From: the human T2T-CHM13v2.0 reference genome, Homo sapiens
DNA length: 64,000 bases
Direction: 5' to 3' (one strand)
Assembly: GCF_009914755.1 (NCBI RefSeq)
Contig: NC_060943.1
The notes under the pieces were generated by a model. It had not been told where the DNA came from. It did no database searches and was given only the letters and a program-made list of their open reading frames with translations. How positions within the stretch are numbered: position 1 is the stretch's first letter; each line of letters starts with the position of its first letter. This document shows positions 1 to 38,555 of the stretch, one piece after another. Position numbers and translations under genes: made by a program.

Positions 1-331
<331 letters not shown>

Positions 332-400
332 TAGGGCGAATTCTTAACATCTTTAATTGGAATTGCCTATTCTGGAGCTTCATTTAAATGGCATCATATA

Positions 401-1199
<799 letters not shown>

Positions 1200-1205
<6 letters not shown>

Positions 1206-1585
1206 ATCCATTTTGTTTTGTCTGTAGATTGTACCCTTTGATTGCTGATTAGTATACTATGGTATGGATATTCCGTAATTTGTTTATCCATTCATCTGCT
1301 GATAGACATTTGGGTTTCCAGTTTTTGGCTATTATGAATAATACTGCTATGAGCATTCATGTACAACTGTTTGTGTGGATATGTATTTTCATTTCTCTTG
1401 GGTAAATATCTATGAGTAGGATTGCTGGATTGTAAAAGTGTATATTGAACTTTATAAGAAAGTGTCAACTGTTTTCTAGAGTGGGTGTGCCATTTTATAT
1501 TTCCCCTAGCAATACATAAGAATACCAATCATTCCCCATCCTCACTTGGTATGGTCAAATCTTTTAAAGTTCAGCCAGTTGCCAA
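1200..1585 (-). mobile_element. Old L1M 3' fragment
   Basis: Typical L1 3' sequence (CATCTGCTGATAGACATTTGGG...). Confidence 0.75.
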
Positions 1586-1963
1586 CAATTTCTTCTTGAG
1601 TACCTCTCTGTGCTTTGCAGAATAGATTATTCATCTCATGCCCATCATATAGTATGTCCTTCCAACTCTTTTTATAATTTAATTCCTACCTGTGCTTCAG
1701 GACACTGTTTCCTAACACGGAATAAATGTGAGAATCACTTGGGAGTGTTTCAGAATACACAAGCCCAGGTCTCACTACAGGCATATTGTATCAGCTTTTC
1801 CAGGGATGGTATATATACTTACGTATGTTGAAAACGTTCCCTAGGTAATTCTGATGCATACCCCTAGCTAAAAACCATTGATTTAGCCCCAGGTCTTACC
1901 TATTAGCTCCATCCTGGCTATATGTTAGTAGTGTCTGGGAAGGCTTAAAAATTACAAAGCCTG

Positions 1964-2390
<427 letters not shown>

Positions 2391-2735
2391 TTAGATTTCT
2401 CTTGACTTCTTGTGGCATTTACGCCTTTCTTTTTCGGTATTATGATTATTTTTCAGGTCTTATCTCCTGTCTTGGGCTTTATATTCCTTGGGGTAGGGAC
2501 CTTGCCTTTTTCATTTCTGTATCTTTCATGAACACATGAATTGGTCATCAGGAAGAGATTCTCAGCCACACATAGGTTGTGTCCTGGGTCTCAGGTTCAC
2601 ATGTTAATGCTACAGTCTTTGTTCTCCACAAGGTCAGAGGTTGCTTGCGATGAAGGATGTGGGTAACTCCACAGTGCAGCTGGTAGATGGAGGTCACCCT
2701 GTTTGGTATGTTTTTAGGTGTAGCCTTGGAACTAA

Positions 2736-3155
<420 letters not shown>

Positions 3156-4315
3156 TAGAAGAAGTTTGAACTTATCTAATAGGCCAGAGTAGGCCACTGT
3201 AGATTTTTGAATAGGGGAGTGTACTAGGAGGGTAATGAGGCAGTCATATGCAAGAAAGATTTCGGAGAGACTGGAGACAAGAAGTCAAGCAAGACTTTGA
3301 GTGTTGTTGAGGGTCTGGGTCAGTTAGGTTTATGGGAATGGTGAGAACAGCATAACTGACAGTTGTTAAAAAAGGATCAAGAGGCTTTCACAATGTATTG
3401 AATCTGGAAACAAATGAGCAGGGGCTGTGGAAACTTAGGGGGTGTCACTGGGAGAAATGAGTGAGCTGTGTGGGAGAGCTTGTTTAAATGGGTAACTTCA
3501 GACAGTATTTGGATGTGGGTGTCATGAGTTCTGGAAGTAGTTGGGGCTAGAGATATAAATTAAGAGCCATCTCCAGAGAGGTCACTAAGCTGATGAAAGA
3601 GGGTAGATGGAGGGAGACAAGAAGGGTCTGAGTACTAAATCTGGTGTGGGGGAGCAGTCGTAAGTGGGAAATGGAGGGAGGAGAGCTTTCCAGAAGGGAA
3701 AAGTTGTCTGTCATCTTAGATATTGTAAAAGGAAAAAGTGTGAGGTCCCTAAAAATGCCTTTGGATTTGGCCAAGACATGGATACTGATTTTGTGCTGTT
3801 CCCAGCGATCTTGGGTAGGGAGGCACTGCAGAGGGCCAGGAAAAATTAGGTGATGAGGAAAGGCAAAGACAACACATGTGTTTCAATTGCTTGGAAGTGA
3901 AGGAAATGAGGTTATAGCTTAGTACTTAGCAGAATTAATAAATGAAGGCTATTCGGGTTAGAAGAGATCCGACCCTCCTAGAGGGCAGAATAAAGGAATT
4001 GGGAACCAGGAAGAGTTAGAAGGTCTAGAGGGATTTCTATGTGAATGAACCTGTGGAGACCCTTGTATAGCTACATCTGATTCACTGGAGCCGCTGGTGT
4101 GGGAAGTGTTGTTGGCCCCTAATGAAGAGGCTGGGAGGTCTTTTACTCATGAGATCATCTTCCCTCCCAGAGGAAGATAGGCACTTCCTCCCAGGCAAGT
4201 TGGAGCTGTGGTCTGTTGCTCCCAGATATACTCACTTTGTTAGCAGGTATGCAAATGAATTTAGCTAATTCTCTGATCACTAGATCAAATATCTGTAGGC
4301 TTAAAAATAGTTTCA

Positions 4316-4651
<336 letters not shown>

Positions 4652-4709
4652 TTATTCTGCCTGTAGAGAAAAACATTGTCCAAGGTAGTATCAACCATGA
4701 GGCAGCATG

Positions 4710-6512
4710 TCGATGTCTGATATATTATTTTTATTATAAAAACATAGAATAATTTTCATACATAATTCAGACATGATCTTAGCCAGGAAAAATTAAATAA
4801 CACAGCACAGCATGGATGAGGGAAAGTATGCACAGTCCGTGTCAGGGTTAGAAAACCCTGAAAGAGGTACCTGAGTATAGAGAACTCCAAGCTAATCCTC
4901 CTGGAGAAAGCCTCTTAGGCCTAACATGAGATCAGGTAAGCAATATAGAATAAAACCTTTCTCTTAGCCCCAAAGAGATTCCATCTGTGTAGAAGACTGG
5001 GTGAGAAGTACATTTGCCTGTCTTCCTCCTGTCCTTCCTTTTTATTATAAGATACATTTATAGACCCCATAGAAGAAAAGATAAATTTCAGAGGCTGTTA
5101 AAAGAGGCTAGGCCTAAGTTATAATCCTCCTCCTCACAGCCCCATTTCCCCAAGGGGCATTAGCACCAGTGCAGCTTTCTAGCTGTAAACAATGCCACCA
5201 GCATGAGTGATAGTGTCCCTGTAGGGTGCTCCCACTTCTCAAGGACCAAATACACCTTAGCAGAGGCCAAGGTTTCCTGACAAAGTGAATGGGGGCAAAC
5301 AGAAAATGCACAGGTGCAAACATGGAATAGAATGGTAGTTGATGATTGGTCTGAGGTGCCTAGAAACTGAGTTAAATCTAGCTCTAGCCATGAATGAAGA
5401 AAACCTTTTCTTATTTTCTATTTGGAGCCTCTGACAAAAAAAATCTTGAGAGGCTCCTGACCAAGGGACCTGAGGGATTTCGGTGGTTTCTTTCACCTAA
5501 GGCAATCGGATTGGCTGACATAGCTAAGCTAAGTAAAAATAACCCTTTTCACATAAATAAGCAGTTACAAAAATTAAAATGGTGGAATGTCTCAGAGAAA
5601 AGGAGAAAAATCCCAATACCCCAAATTGTGTATTCTTTAACAATAATTTAAATAATCGCTGAAGGGCAGCTCTCTGATTCCTTTCCCAAGTTCCTAGCAG
5701 ATTGTGTTTATCAGAAGCTGGTTCCCTCCTGAAGCTATAACCCCTCCCTCTCAGCACTGCCTTGAACAGAGCCCATAAAGATATTAAAACATATATGTGC
5801 TTTTGCATTTTCCATCAGGAATTGCCTTGGATTTTGGCAAGTGATTTTCCTAGTTGCTTCTAGTGGGTTCTCTGAAGACAGGCTTGCCAGAAGGATTAGG
5901 TGGTATTCTAGCTAAGCACCAAGGTGCTTAGACCCTGATCCTACAGGTAGACAACCCTGACAGTGGACAAAGGTGTGGCATTTCACTATTGGTTATATAT
6001 TTGATTTTCTTGTGTTTGGTGAGTTCACACAAGGCTTTGGAGAAATAGGAGAAGGCATTACTGCCTTTACTTTCTCTCTCTCTTGTTTCCTGGCACATGT
6101 ACTTAATGGAAAAGGACATAACCTCAAGGCTATGGCAAATCCGAATTAGAGTGATAGGACAGGACTGGGGGTGGGAAGGAATGAGTGCTCTGAACAGGCA
6201 AGTTTAAAACAAGTCCAGGTTGGGAAAAGGGGAAGGGAGGGGAAGTTCTGGTCCCTCTTTCCCAAAGTCAGCTTTGCCAAATTTCAATGACAAGAAGGTT
6301 GGGTTTCCTACAGACTCCCAATGTACTTTCATCTATTGACACTGAGAGAGGGGCAGTGACCAGGCAGCCTGGAGATGCCTATTAGGAAGGAAGAGTAGGA
6401 GAAAGTTGTTTCTGTCCCCACCCCTCTACCCCTACAGGGGAAAGGAATCTCCTAGTGATGAGGGTGAGAGACTTGAAATACATCAGCACTGCAGTGAGCA
6501 GGACAGGTTTCA
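4710..6512 (-). other. CEACAM1: CEACAM1 3' UTR (about 1.8 kb; 3' end approximate)
   Basis: Alu-free sequence between the stop codon and the AATAAA cluster. Confidence 0.75.
4730..4735 (-). terminator. Candidate CEACAM1 polyadenylation signal AATAAA (alternatives at 4651-4656 and 5041-5046)
   Basis: TTTATT on plus strand at the end of the 3' UTR. Confidence 0.65.
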
Positions 6513-25777
<19,265 letters not shown>

Positions 25778-25889
25778 GGTGTCTCCTGCTGGCCCTGTCT
25801 TCACCTGTGGAGGAGAGCTTGGGCTCCAGGAACGCTTCGAGCACGGCTGCTCTGTCACCTCTGCTGTTTTCCACTCTCTGTGCTGAGCC

Positions 25890-26030
25890 TCCTCCCTGGG
25901 GCCCAGAGCTTTGTCTGATCATGTGTGCTGGGGCGGGGTTTGTCCAGGAAGCTCTGTTTCCTCTCCTCTCATTCCTACCTTTGTCCTTACTTTCTCTTTC
26001 CTTTCTGTCTACATTTTGGTTTCCCAGACC
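25890..26030 (-). promoter_or_regulatory. CEACAM1 TATA-less proximal promoter: HNF4-like CAAAG, USF E-box CACATG (25920-25925), GC box (25930-25938), ISRE/IRF element (25989-26006)
   Basis: Motifs read directly (ISRE AGAAAGGAAAGAGAAAGT at -212 to -229 from ATG); agrees with known USF/HNF4/Sp/IRF1 control of CEACAM1. Confidence 0.8.
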
Positions 26031-27425
26031 ACACTTTGAGAATCAAGGCTGATGAGACCTCTGTCCCCATCAGGGGAGGAGGATCCCCCCTCTCCAGCAC
26101 TGACCTCTATTGTGTCCTGGCTATGGGTCTGTCAGCAGCACACAGAGAACCCTGGCATATCCAAATGTGGTAATTATTTTCTTTGCAACACAGTGAGCTG
26201 CCAGGTCTCCCCATGCTCTTCAGTGTGCTGGGAAGGTAGGAAGACACCCAGCAGGAAGGTGACAGAGGTGGCTCTGGGGGATGGAAAGGGGCTCACTGGG
26301 GGATGACTGGGGAGGGACCAGCCCTCTGTCTCTAGTGTCACCAGCCTGGCCTCTAACCCAGGGACAGAGACCCAAGTCCAGGGGTCTCAGGTGGAGCTGC
26401 AGCTCCCGGATATGGAGGGGGAGGTGTCCTGTGTGTCCTGGGAAGAGAGGACTGTGATAGAGGGAGGTGGGTGGCTCTGGGCTCTACTGTCCTTGGGGAA
26501 GACTTCAGGGGGACCCTCCCTCCCTTGAGCTGAGGCTCAAGGCCTGTCCATGTTCTCCCTGACCATCCTGGGTGGTCTCTGTCCTCTGCGAGGCTGATTG
26601 TCCTGTGGTCACCGCACCTTCCCCACAGGTGGTGCCAGGAGGGAATGGGGAGCTGCACAGGGACCCCTCACAGAACAGGGTCCTCAGAGGACCCAGGAAG
26701 GGACAGAGCAGGTACATGGGAGGGCCTGGAAGGGTGTTTTGGAGCAAGGGATGGAAAGTGGGCTCTACCTTCACCTCCTTAGCAAAGCCAGGTTCATGAC
26801 CAGGGGAATGTTTCCTGAGTGTTGTCTGTGTGCAATGTCTCCCCCTGGAGGGCAAGACAAGGCCTGCAGCCTTGTCAAGGGCTGCCCCAGGGATGCTGAC
26901 CAGGGTCTACATGATGTGAGCTGGCCCTGACCCCTGGGCAGATGTGGGCTCTGACCTCCAGGCTTCAAGGTCAAGTCACCCCAGGTCCTGTTCACTGCGG
27001 GTCCCCAGGCTGCCCAGCTCCATGCGGTGCAGGATGAGCCCAGGGAGAGGACGTGAGTTGTCCAGAGGACTTCTGTCAAGATTGGAGAGAACTGTCCACC
27101 AGGGGGATGGGCTGCCTTAGAAGGAGCCATCTGTCCCAGAGGTTTGAAAAACAAAAGCAAAAACAAAACAAAACAAAAAAACAAAGGCCCAGTGAGGTGC
27201 CTTTGGGGGCTTGAGAATGAAATCCTGTCACATGTGGCAACATGAATGGAAGTGGGCTAGGAACAGAAAGTTAAACATCACATGTTCTTACTAATATGTG
27301 GAACCTAAAAACAGTTGATCTCATGGAAGGAAAAAGTAGAACAGAGCATACCAGAGGCTGGGAAGGGTAGAGGAAGGGAGGGACAGGGAAAGATGTGTTA
27401 AAGGATATAAAATTACAGCTAGATA

Positions 27426-28024
<599 letters not shown>

Positions 28025-28086
28025 TACAGCTAGATAGGAGGAGGAATAAGTTCTAATGTTCTATACCACTGTAGGATGACTACAGA

Positions 28087-28494
28087 TTTTTTTTTTTTTT
28101 TGAGACAGGGTCTGGAGTACACTGCAGCCTCAACCTCCTGCGATCAGGTGATCTTCCTGCCTCAGTCTCCCATGTAGCTGGAACTATAGGTGCACGCCAC
28201 CACGCCTGGCTAATTTTTTGTTTTATTTTTCAATTTTTTTTTAAATAAAGAGACAGGGTATCACTATGTTGCCCAGGCTGGCCTTGAACTCCTAAGCTCA
28301 AGTGATCCTCCGCCTAGGCCTCCCAAAGTTCTAGGATTACAGCCACCATGCCCAGCCAAGTGTTTTGATTTTTTTGTAGAGACTGATCTTATTATGTTGG
28401 TCAGGCTGGTCTCGAGCTCCTGGGCTCAAGCAATCCTCCCGTCTCGGCCTTCCAAAGTGCTAAGATTATAGGTGTGACCCACTGCAACCGGCCT
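28087..28494 (-). mobile_element. Composite AluJ
   Basis: Alu arms in tandem. Confidence 0.8.
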
Positions 28495-29135
28495 GACTAT
28501 AGTTAACAATAATATATAGTTCCAAGTAGCTAGAAAGGGGATATTGAATGTTCCTAACACAAAGAAATGCTAAATGTTTGAGATGATGGATATGCTAATC
28601 ACCCTGACCTTATCACTGTACCTTATATGTATCACATCGCTATGGACCCATAAATATGTACAATTATTAGGTGTCAATTAAAAAATACAATTAAAAAAGT
28701 CATTTAGAGCTAAATCATGATGTGAAATGTTGTTTTCTTACCTCTCATCTCATGACAACACTTGGCAATGGCAAAACATCCTCAGGAGTTGTGGCTGTGT
28801 GCTTTACTGCACAGACCAGTTTGTTTGTGAGAATGTGTCACCTAATGCGAGTGAACCTACATGAGATCATCACCCTTCCTGGGGGACCTCAGAGAAGAAC
28901 TGAGAACCGCTGGCTCAGGTGTGTGGAGGAGGTTGCAGGTGAGTCACTTGCTGGAAGGAAGGTCTGTGGGCCAGCTTGAGGAGGAATCCATTTGTAGAGG
29001 CCACTGGATGGGGCCACCTGGGCCTGGGTGAAGAGGGCCTGAGGGCACAGGACAGGGGGAGAGAGAAGGTGGTGCACATCGTCATGCAGGCAAGTGCTTT
29101 AAGTGTCTCTTCATTCATTCATGGCAGGCAACTCA

Positions 29136-29476
<341 letters not shown>

Positions 29477-29612
29477 TATTTTTTCTACTTAGTTCAAGTT
29501 CCTAAAAAGGTCTCCAGATTGCCAGATTTCCCTGGAAGCAGGTCAGGGAATGGTCCCCATTAAGAACTATTGAAATACATTAACAAAAAATAAAGACAGA
29601 TAGAATAGCTGA

Positions 29613-29955
<343 letters not shown>

Positions 29956-30251
29956 AGGACTCACATTTCCTTATCCGAAAACTTACTATATGGTGGGTAC
30001 AGTGTGCCTTGCTCCAGTGACGAATGCACTGAAGGCCTTGACTTTACCACAATGCAATATATCAGAATAGCAAAATTGGACTTGTACCCTATGATTATGC
30101 ACATTTTTTAAAAAAGAAAATTTACTACAAAGTTACTGTAATCTGAAGAGTGTGGAACTGGCATAAAGATACACTTACACCAGTGGATTAGATTTGACAG
30201 TCTGGAAGTAAACCCTCACATTTACAGTCAGTTGATCTTTGACAAGGGTGC

Positions 30252-30775
30252 TGTGGTTTTTTAGGTGTCAATTTGCCTGGATTAAGAGACACCCTCATAG
30301 CTGGTAAAGCCTTGTATCTGGGTATGACTGTCAGGGTGTTTCCCGAAGAGACTGGCATTGGAGTCAGTGAACTCAGTAAGGAAGACCTGCCCTCACTCAC
30401 TGTGGGTGGGCACCATCCACTTGGCTGAGGGCCTGGATAGAGCACAAAGGCAGAGGGATGGTGAATTCTCTCTTTCTCTCTCCTGGAGCTGGGACACCCT
30501 TTTCCTTTTGTCTTTGGACATTAGAACTCCAGGTTGTTTGGCCTTTGGCCATGGACTGAGGGTACACCATGGCTTCTTTGGTCAGAACTGAGCCATGCTG
30601 CCAGCTTCCCTGGTTTTCCAGCATGTAACTGGCTAATCATGGGACTTCTCAGCCTCCGTATTCACACAAGCCAATTCCTCTAACAAATCCCCTCATATAT
30701 TTAGATCTATTTCTATATCTACAACTATATCTTTATCCCGTTTTCTCTGTCTCTCTGAGGACCCCGACTAGTACA
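30252..30775 (+). mobile_element. MLT2B-like (ERVL) solo LTR inserted in L1
   Basis: TGTGG...GGTGTCAATTTGCCTGGATTAAG start, ...AGTACA end, TSD GGTGC. Confidence 0.85.
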
Positions 30776-31236
30776 GGTGCCAAGTTAATTGAATGGAGGA
30801 AGAATAATCTTTTCAAATAATGATGCTGGGACAACTGGATAACCACCTGCAAAGAAATGAAATTTTGGAACTCTATTTCTCACCATATTCAAAAATTAAA
30901 ACAGATCAATGAGTTAAGTATAAGAGCTAAAATCATAAGAAACTCTCAGAAGAAAACATAAGGATAAGTCTTTATCACCTCAGATGTGGCAATGGACTTT
31001 TTAGATATGACACAAAAACATGAACAACAAAAGGAAAAATAAACTGGACTTTATCAAGATGAAAGCCTTTTGTGCATCAAAGGACATTATCAAGAAAGTG
31101 AAAAGATCACCCACCGAATGGGAGAAAAAATTTGCAGACCATTATATGAATAAGGTTTTATGTCCAGAAAATATAAAGAACTGCTACAACTCAATAATAA
31201 CAAAAACCCAAAAACCTGATTAAAAATGGGCAAAGG

Positions 31237-31562
<326 letters not shown>

Positions 31563-34500
31563 CTAAATGATATACAAATAGTCAATAAGCACATGAAAAG
31601 ACACTTAGCATCAATAGTCACTAGTGAAATGCAAATCAAAACCACAGTAAGACACCACATCACACCTATAACAATTGCTACAATTCATTTAAAATGTTAA
31701 ATAAGAAATGTTGGCAATATGTGGAGAAGTTGGAATCCTCATACATTGCTGGTGGGAATATAAAATGGCACAGTCACTGTGGGAAACGGTTTGGCTTTTC
31801 CTTAAAAAGCTGATCACAGAATTATCATATGAAATAGCAATTTCATTGTTAGGTATATGTCCAAAGAATTGAAAACAGGGACTCAAACAGATATTTGCAT
31901 GGGAATGTTCACTGCAGCATTATTCACAATAGGTAAAGTGTAGAAACAACCCAAGTGTCCATCAACACATGAATGGATAAACAAATATGGTGATACATAC
32001 AACAGAATGTCAATCAGCCTTAAAATGGAGTGAAGCTCTGACATATGCTGCAACATAGATGGACCTTGGAAACATTATGCTAAGTGAAATAAGCCAGAAA
32101 CAAAGTGACATATGTGTATGATGCCATTTATATGAAAAATCAAGAATAAGTAAATTCAGAGACAGAAAGTAGATTAGAGATTATCAAGATCTGGGGGTAG
32201 GGAGCAATGGGGAATTATTTTTTTTTAATCTTTAATTTTTGTGGTTACATAGTAGGTGTATATATATATATATGAGGTACATGAGACATTTTAGTACAGG
32301 CATGCACTGTATAATAATAATATCATGGAAAATTGGGTATCCATCCCCTCAAGCATTTATCCTTTGTGTTACAAACAATCCAATTGCATTCTTTTAGTTA
32401 CTTTAAAATGTATAATTAAATTATTGTTGACTATAATCCCCTTGTGCTATTGAATAGTAGGTCTTATTCATTCTTTCTATTTTTTTATATCCATTAACTA
32501 TATACCCACCTCTCCCCTGTCCCGCCACTACCCTTCCTAGTTTCTGGGAACCATCCTTCTCTTCTTTATCTCCATGAGTTCAATTGTTTTGATTTTTAGA
32601 TCCCACAAATAAGTGAGAACATGTGATGTTTTTCTTCCTGTTCCTGGTTTCACTTAATATGATGACCCTTAGCTCCATCCATATCGTTGCAAATGATAGA
32701 ATCTCATTTTTTAATGGCTGAATAATACTCTATTGTGTATAAGTGCCACCTTTTCTTCATTCATTCATCTGTTGATGGACACTTAGGTTACGTCCAAATC
32801 TTGGCTGTTGTGAACAGCTCTGCAACAAACATGGGAGTACAGATATCTCTTTGATATACTGATTTTCTTTCTTTTGGGTATATACCCAGCAGTAGGATTG
32901 CTGGATTGTATGGTAGTTCTATTTTTAGTTTTATGAAGAATCTCCAAACAGTTCTTCATTGTGGTTGTACTAATTTACATTCCCACCAACAGTGTACAAG
33001 GGTTCCCTTTACTCCATATCCTTGCTAGCATTTTTAATTGCCTGTCTTTTGAATAAAAGCTATTTTAACTGGGGCAAGATAATATCTCATTGTAGTTTTG
33101 ATTTGCATTTCTCTGATGATCAATGATGTTCAGCACCTTTTCATATGCCTGTGTGTTATTCGTATGTTTTCTTTTGAGAAAGTCTGTTCAGATATTTTGC
33201 CCTTCTTTTAATTGGATTATTAGATTTTTTTCCATAGAGTTGTTTGAGCTCCTTATATATTCTCATTATTAGCATTTCTCGTTCTTTAAGATGCATCGTT
33301 AGGTTTTAGGTTATTTATTTGAAGTTCTTCTCTTTCTTTTTTGATGTAGGCACTTAGGGCTATAAATTTCCATCTTGGTACTGCTTTCATTGTATCCCAC
33401 AGGTTTTGGTATGTTGTGTTTTCATTATCATTTGTTTTGAGAAATTTTCCAATTTCCTTCTTAATTTCTTTGTTGACCCACTGGCCGTTTAGGAGTATAT
33501 CGTTTAATTTCCATGTGTTTGTATAGTTTCCAAAATACCTCTTGTTTTTGATTTCTAGTTTTATTCCATTGTAGTCAGGGAAGATACTTGATATTACTTC
33601 AATTTTTTTGAATGTTTTAAGACTTGTTTTGTGACCTAATATATAGCCTATTTTTGAGAATGATCCATGTACTGAGGAGAAGAATGTGTATTTTGCAGCC
33701 ATTGAATGAAATGTTCTATAGTTCCATTTGTTCTATAGTTCAGATTAAGTCTGATGTTTCTTTGTTGATTTTCTGTCTGGGAGATCTGTCTAATGCTGAA
33801 AGTGAGGCGTTGAAGTCTCCAGCTATTATGGTATTGGGGTCTATTTCTCTAATATTTGATTTATATATTTGGGTGCTCCAGTTTTGGGTGCATATATGTT
33901 TACAATTGTTATATCCTCTTGCTGAATTGACCCTTTTATCATTGTATAATGACCTCCTTTGTCCCTTCTAACAGTTTTTGTCTTTCAGTCTATTTTGTCT
34001 GATATAAGTATAGCTACTCCTACTCTCTTATTGGTTTCCGTTGGCATGGAATATCTTTTTCCATCCCTTTAATTTCAGTCTATGTGTATCTTTATGGTTG
34101 AAATGTGTTTCTTGCAGGCAACAGATAATTGGGTCTTATTTTTCAGCCGTTCAGCCATACTGTATCTTTTTTTGGAGAATTTAGTCCATTTACATTCAAT
34201 GTTATTACTGATAAGTAGGGACTTACTCCTGTCATTTTGTTATTTGTTTTTCTGTTTTTATTTATTGCAGTCTTCTCTTTCTTCTTTCCTTCCTTCCTGT
34301 CTTCCTTTTAGTGAAGGTGATTTCCTCTGGTGGTATACTTTAATTTCTAGCTTTTTATTTTTTGTGCGTCTGTTGTATGGTTTTTGATTTGTGGTTACTA
34401 TGAGGCTTGCAAATACTATCTTAAAACCATTATTTTAAACTGATGACAACTTAACACTGATTACATAAACAAACAAACATGCAAAAAGAAAACTAATAAA

Positions 34501-35125
34501 AGCTCTACACTTCAACTTCGTCACCCCACTTTTTAATGTTTTGTTGTTTCTGTTTATGTCGTATTGTACTGTCTGTGTCCTGAAAAGTTAATGTAGTCGT
34601 GATTTTTGATTGGTTCATCATTTAGTCTTTCTACATAAGAGAAGTTTATACACCACAATTACAGTGTTATACTATTCTGTGTGCTTAACTATTACCAGTG
34701 AGTTTTGTACCTTTACGTGATTTCTTCTTCATCATTAACATCCTTTCCTTTCAGGTTAAAGGATTAAATTTAGCATTTCTCATAGGACAGGTCTGGTGTT
34801 GATGAAATCCCTCAGCTTTTGCTTGGGAAGGTCTTTATTTCTCCTTCGTGTTTGAAGGATATTTTTGCCTGATATACTATTCTAGGGTAAAAGTTGTTTT
34901 CCTTCAGCACTTTAAATATGCCATACACTCTCTCCTGGCCTGTAAGGTTTCCACTGAAAAGTCTGCTGCCAGATGTATTGGAGCTCCATTGTATGTTGTT
35001 TCTTTTCTCTTGCTGCTTTTAGGATCCTTTGATCTTTGATCTTAGGGAGTTTGATTGTTAAACGCCTTGAGGTAGTCTTCTTTGTGTTAAATCTGCTTGG
35101 TGTTCTATAACCTTCTTGTATTTGA

Positions 35126-35530
<405 letters not shown>

Positions 35531-36632
35531 TAAGGCCAATAACTCTTAGATTTGCCATTTTGAGCCTATTTTCTAGATCTTATAGATATGCTTCTTTTTT
35601 TTTTTTTTTTTGTCTCCTCTGTGTTTTCAAATAGCCTGTCTTCAAGCTCACAAATTCTTCTGCTTGATCAATTCTGCTATTAAGAGACTCTGTTGCATTC
35701 TTCAACATGTCAATTGCATTTTTCAACTCTAGAATTTCTGCTTGAATCTTTTTAATTATTTTAATCTCTTTGTTAACATTTTAATTTTATTTATTTTATA
35801 GAGACAAGGTCTCATTCTGTTGCCCAGGCTGGTCTCAAACTCCTGAGTTGAAGTGATCCTCTGGCCTCTGTCTCCCAAAGTGTTAGGATTACAGACACGA
35901 GCCACTGTGCCCAGCCTCTTTGTTAAATTTATCTGATAGGATTCTGAATTCCTTCTCTGTGTCGTCTTGAATTTGAGTTTCCTCAAAACAATTATTTTGA
36001 ATTCTCTGTCTGAAAGGTCACATATTTCTCTTTCTCCAGGATTGGTTCCTGGTGTCTTATTTAGCTTGTTTAGTGAGGTCGTGTTTTCATGGATGGTGTT
36101 GATGCTTATAGGTGTTTGTTGGTGTCTGGTCACTGAAAAGTTAGGTATTTATTGTAGTCTTCATGTCATAGTCTGGGCTTGTTTATGCCTGTCTTTCTTG
36201 GGAAGGCTTTCCAGGTATTTGAAGGCACTTGGGTCCCAAGCCCAAGAATGCTGTGGTTTTTGCAGACTTACATAGGTACTGCCTTGGCGATCTTGGATAA
36301 GATCTGGAAGAATTATCTGGATTACCAGGTAGAGACTCTTGTTCTTTTCCCTTAATTTGTTTCAAACAAATGGAATCTCTCCGTTTGTGCAGAGCCACCT
36401 GGAACTGGGAGTGTGGTGATGCAAGCACTCTGTGGCCACCACCACTGGGATTGTGCTGGGTCAGACCTAAGCACCGCACTGGGTCTTGCCCAAGGCCCTT
36501 CCCTTGAGGGTGGTGAGGTCTCCCAAGCCTCAGATGTGTCTAGAAATGCTGTCTGGGAGGCAGGGATTGGAGTCAAAAACTGTGGCTGATTAGCCAGGCA
36601 TGGTTGTGGGTGCCTGTAATCCCAGCTACTCA

Positions 36633-36767
<135 letters not shown>

Positions 36768-37809
36768 CTAATCTGGCACTCAAACAATGCAAAGTCCTTC
36801 CTGCTCTTCCTTCCCCTTTCTCCAGCACCACCACTGTTCCACAGGGGATTCCACCCGTCCTCTGCTGATGTTCACTTAAAGCCCAGGGGTTCTTCCATCA
36901 GCTTGTGGTGAATGCTGCCAGGCCTGGGACTCACTCTTCAGGGCAGTGGGCTCCCCTCTGGCCCAGGGAAGGTCCAGAAATGTTCTCCAGGAACATAGGC
37001 CTGGACTCGGGGACCCCAAGAGACTGCTGGTTACTCTATCCCACTGTGGCTGAGCTGGTACCTGAGGCACAAGACAAAGTCCCCTTTACTTTTTCCTCTA
37101 TTTTTCTCAAGTAGAAGGAGTCTCTCCCCATGGCTACCACAGCTGGGAATGCACTGGGTCACCCCTGAAGCCAGCATGTCTCAGAGCCCAAGGCCCACTG
37201 CATATTACCTGGGTATCACTACTGGTTATTCAGGGCCCAGGGGCTCTTTAGTCAGCAGGTGATGAGTTCTGCCAGGATTGGGTCCTTTCCTTCAAGGCAG
37301 TGGGCTCCCTTTTGGCTCACGGTGTGTCTAGAGATGTCATCTGGGAGCTAGGGCCTAGAATAAGGGCCTCATGACTCTGCCCAGTTCCCTGTCCTGCTGT
37401 GGCTGAGCTGGTATCCAAGATGCAAGACAAAATCCTCTTTACTCTTCTCTCTTCTCTCCTTAAGCAGAAGGAGGGAGTCACTTTCGTTGCCTCTAGCTGC
37501 GTTGCCTGAGGTTGGGGGAGGGGTGGTGAAAGCATTCCCTTAGCCATGCCAGCTGGTGTCTCCCTTGGTTACACGCCACTCTAGTCCACTGGCTTTAAGC
37601 CCAGCCTAACTAGGAGTTGCCTTTTAAGTTTACCTAGGACTCCAGAGCACATCAGCCCACCGTGGGGAGGCTTGCTGAAAAACTGAAGTTCCGACTGCTG
37701 GGATGGGTGATACCTGTCTGGCTAGGGCTGGTCCAAGTACTGCCTCTCTGTGTGGGCACTGGCTGAGCCCAGCATGCCTTTATTCTTTGCTGTGATGGGG
37801 CAGCACTGA

Positions 37810-38555
<746 letters not shown>

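Noticed and set aside
33286-33702. 138-aa L1 ORF2 endonuclease-region ORF
   Set aside because: Fragment of a decayed L1 that lacks the RT region; not a functional CDS.
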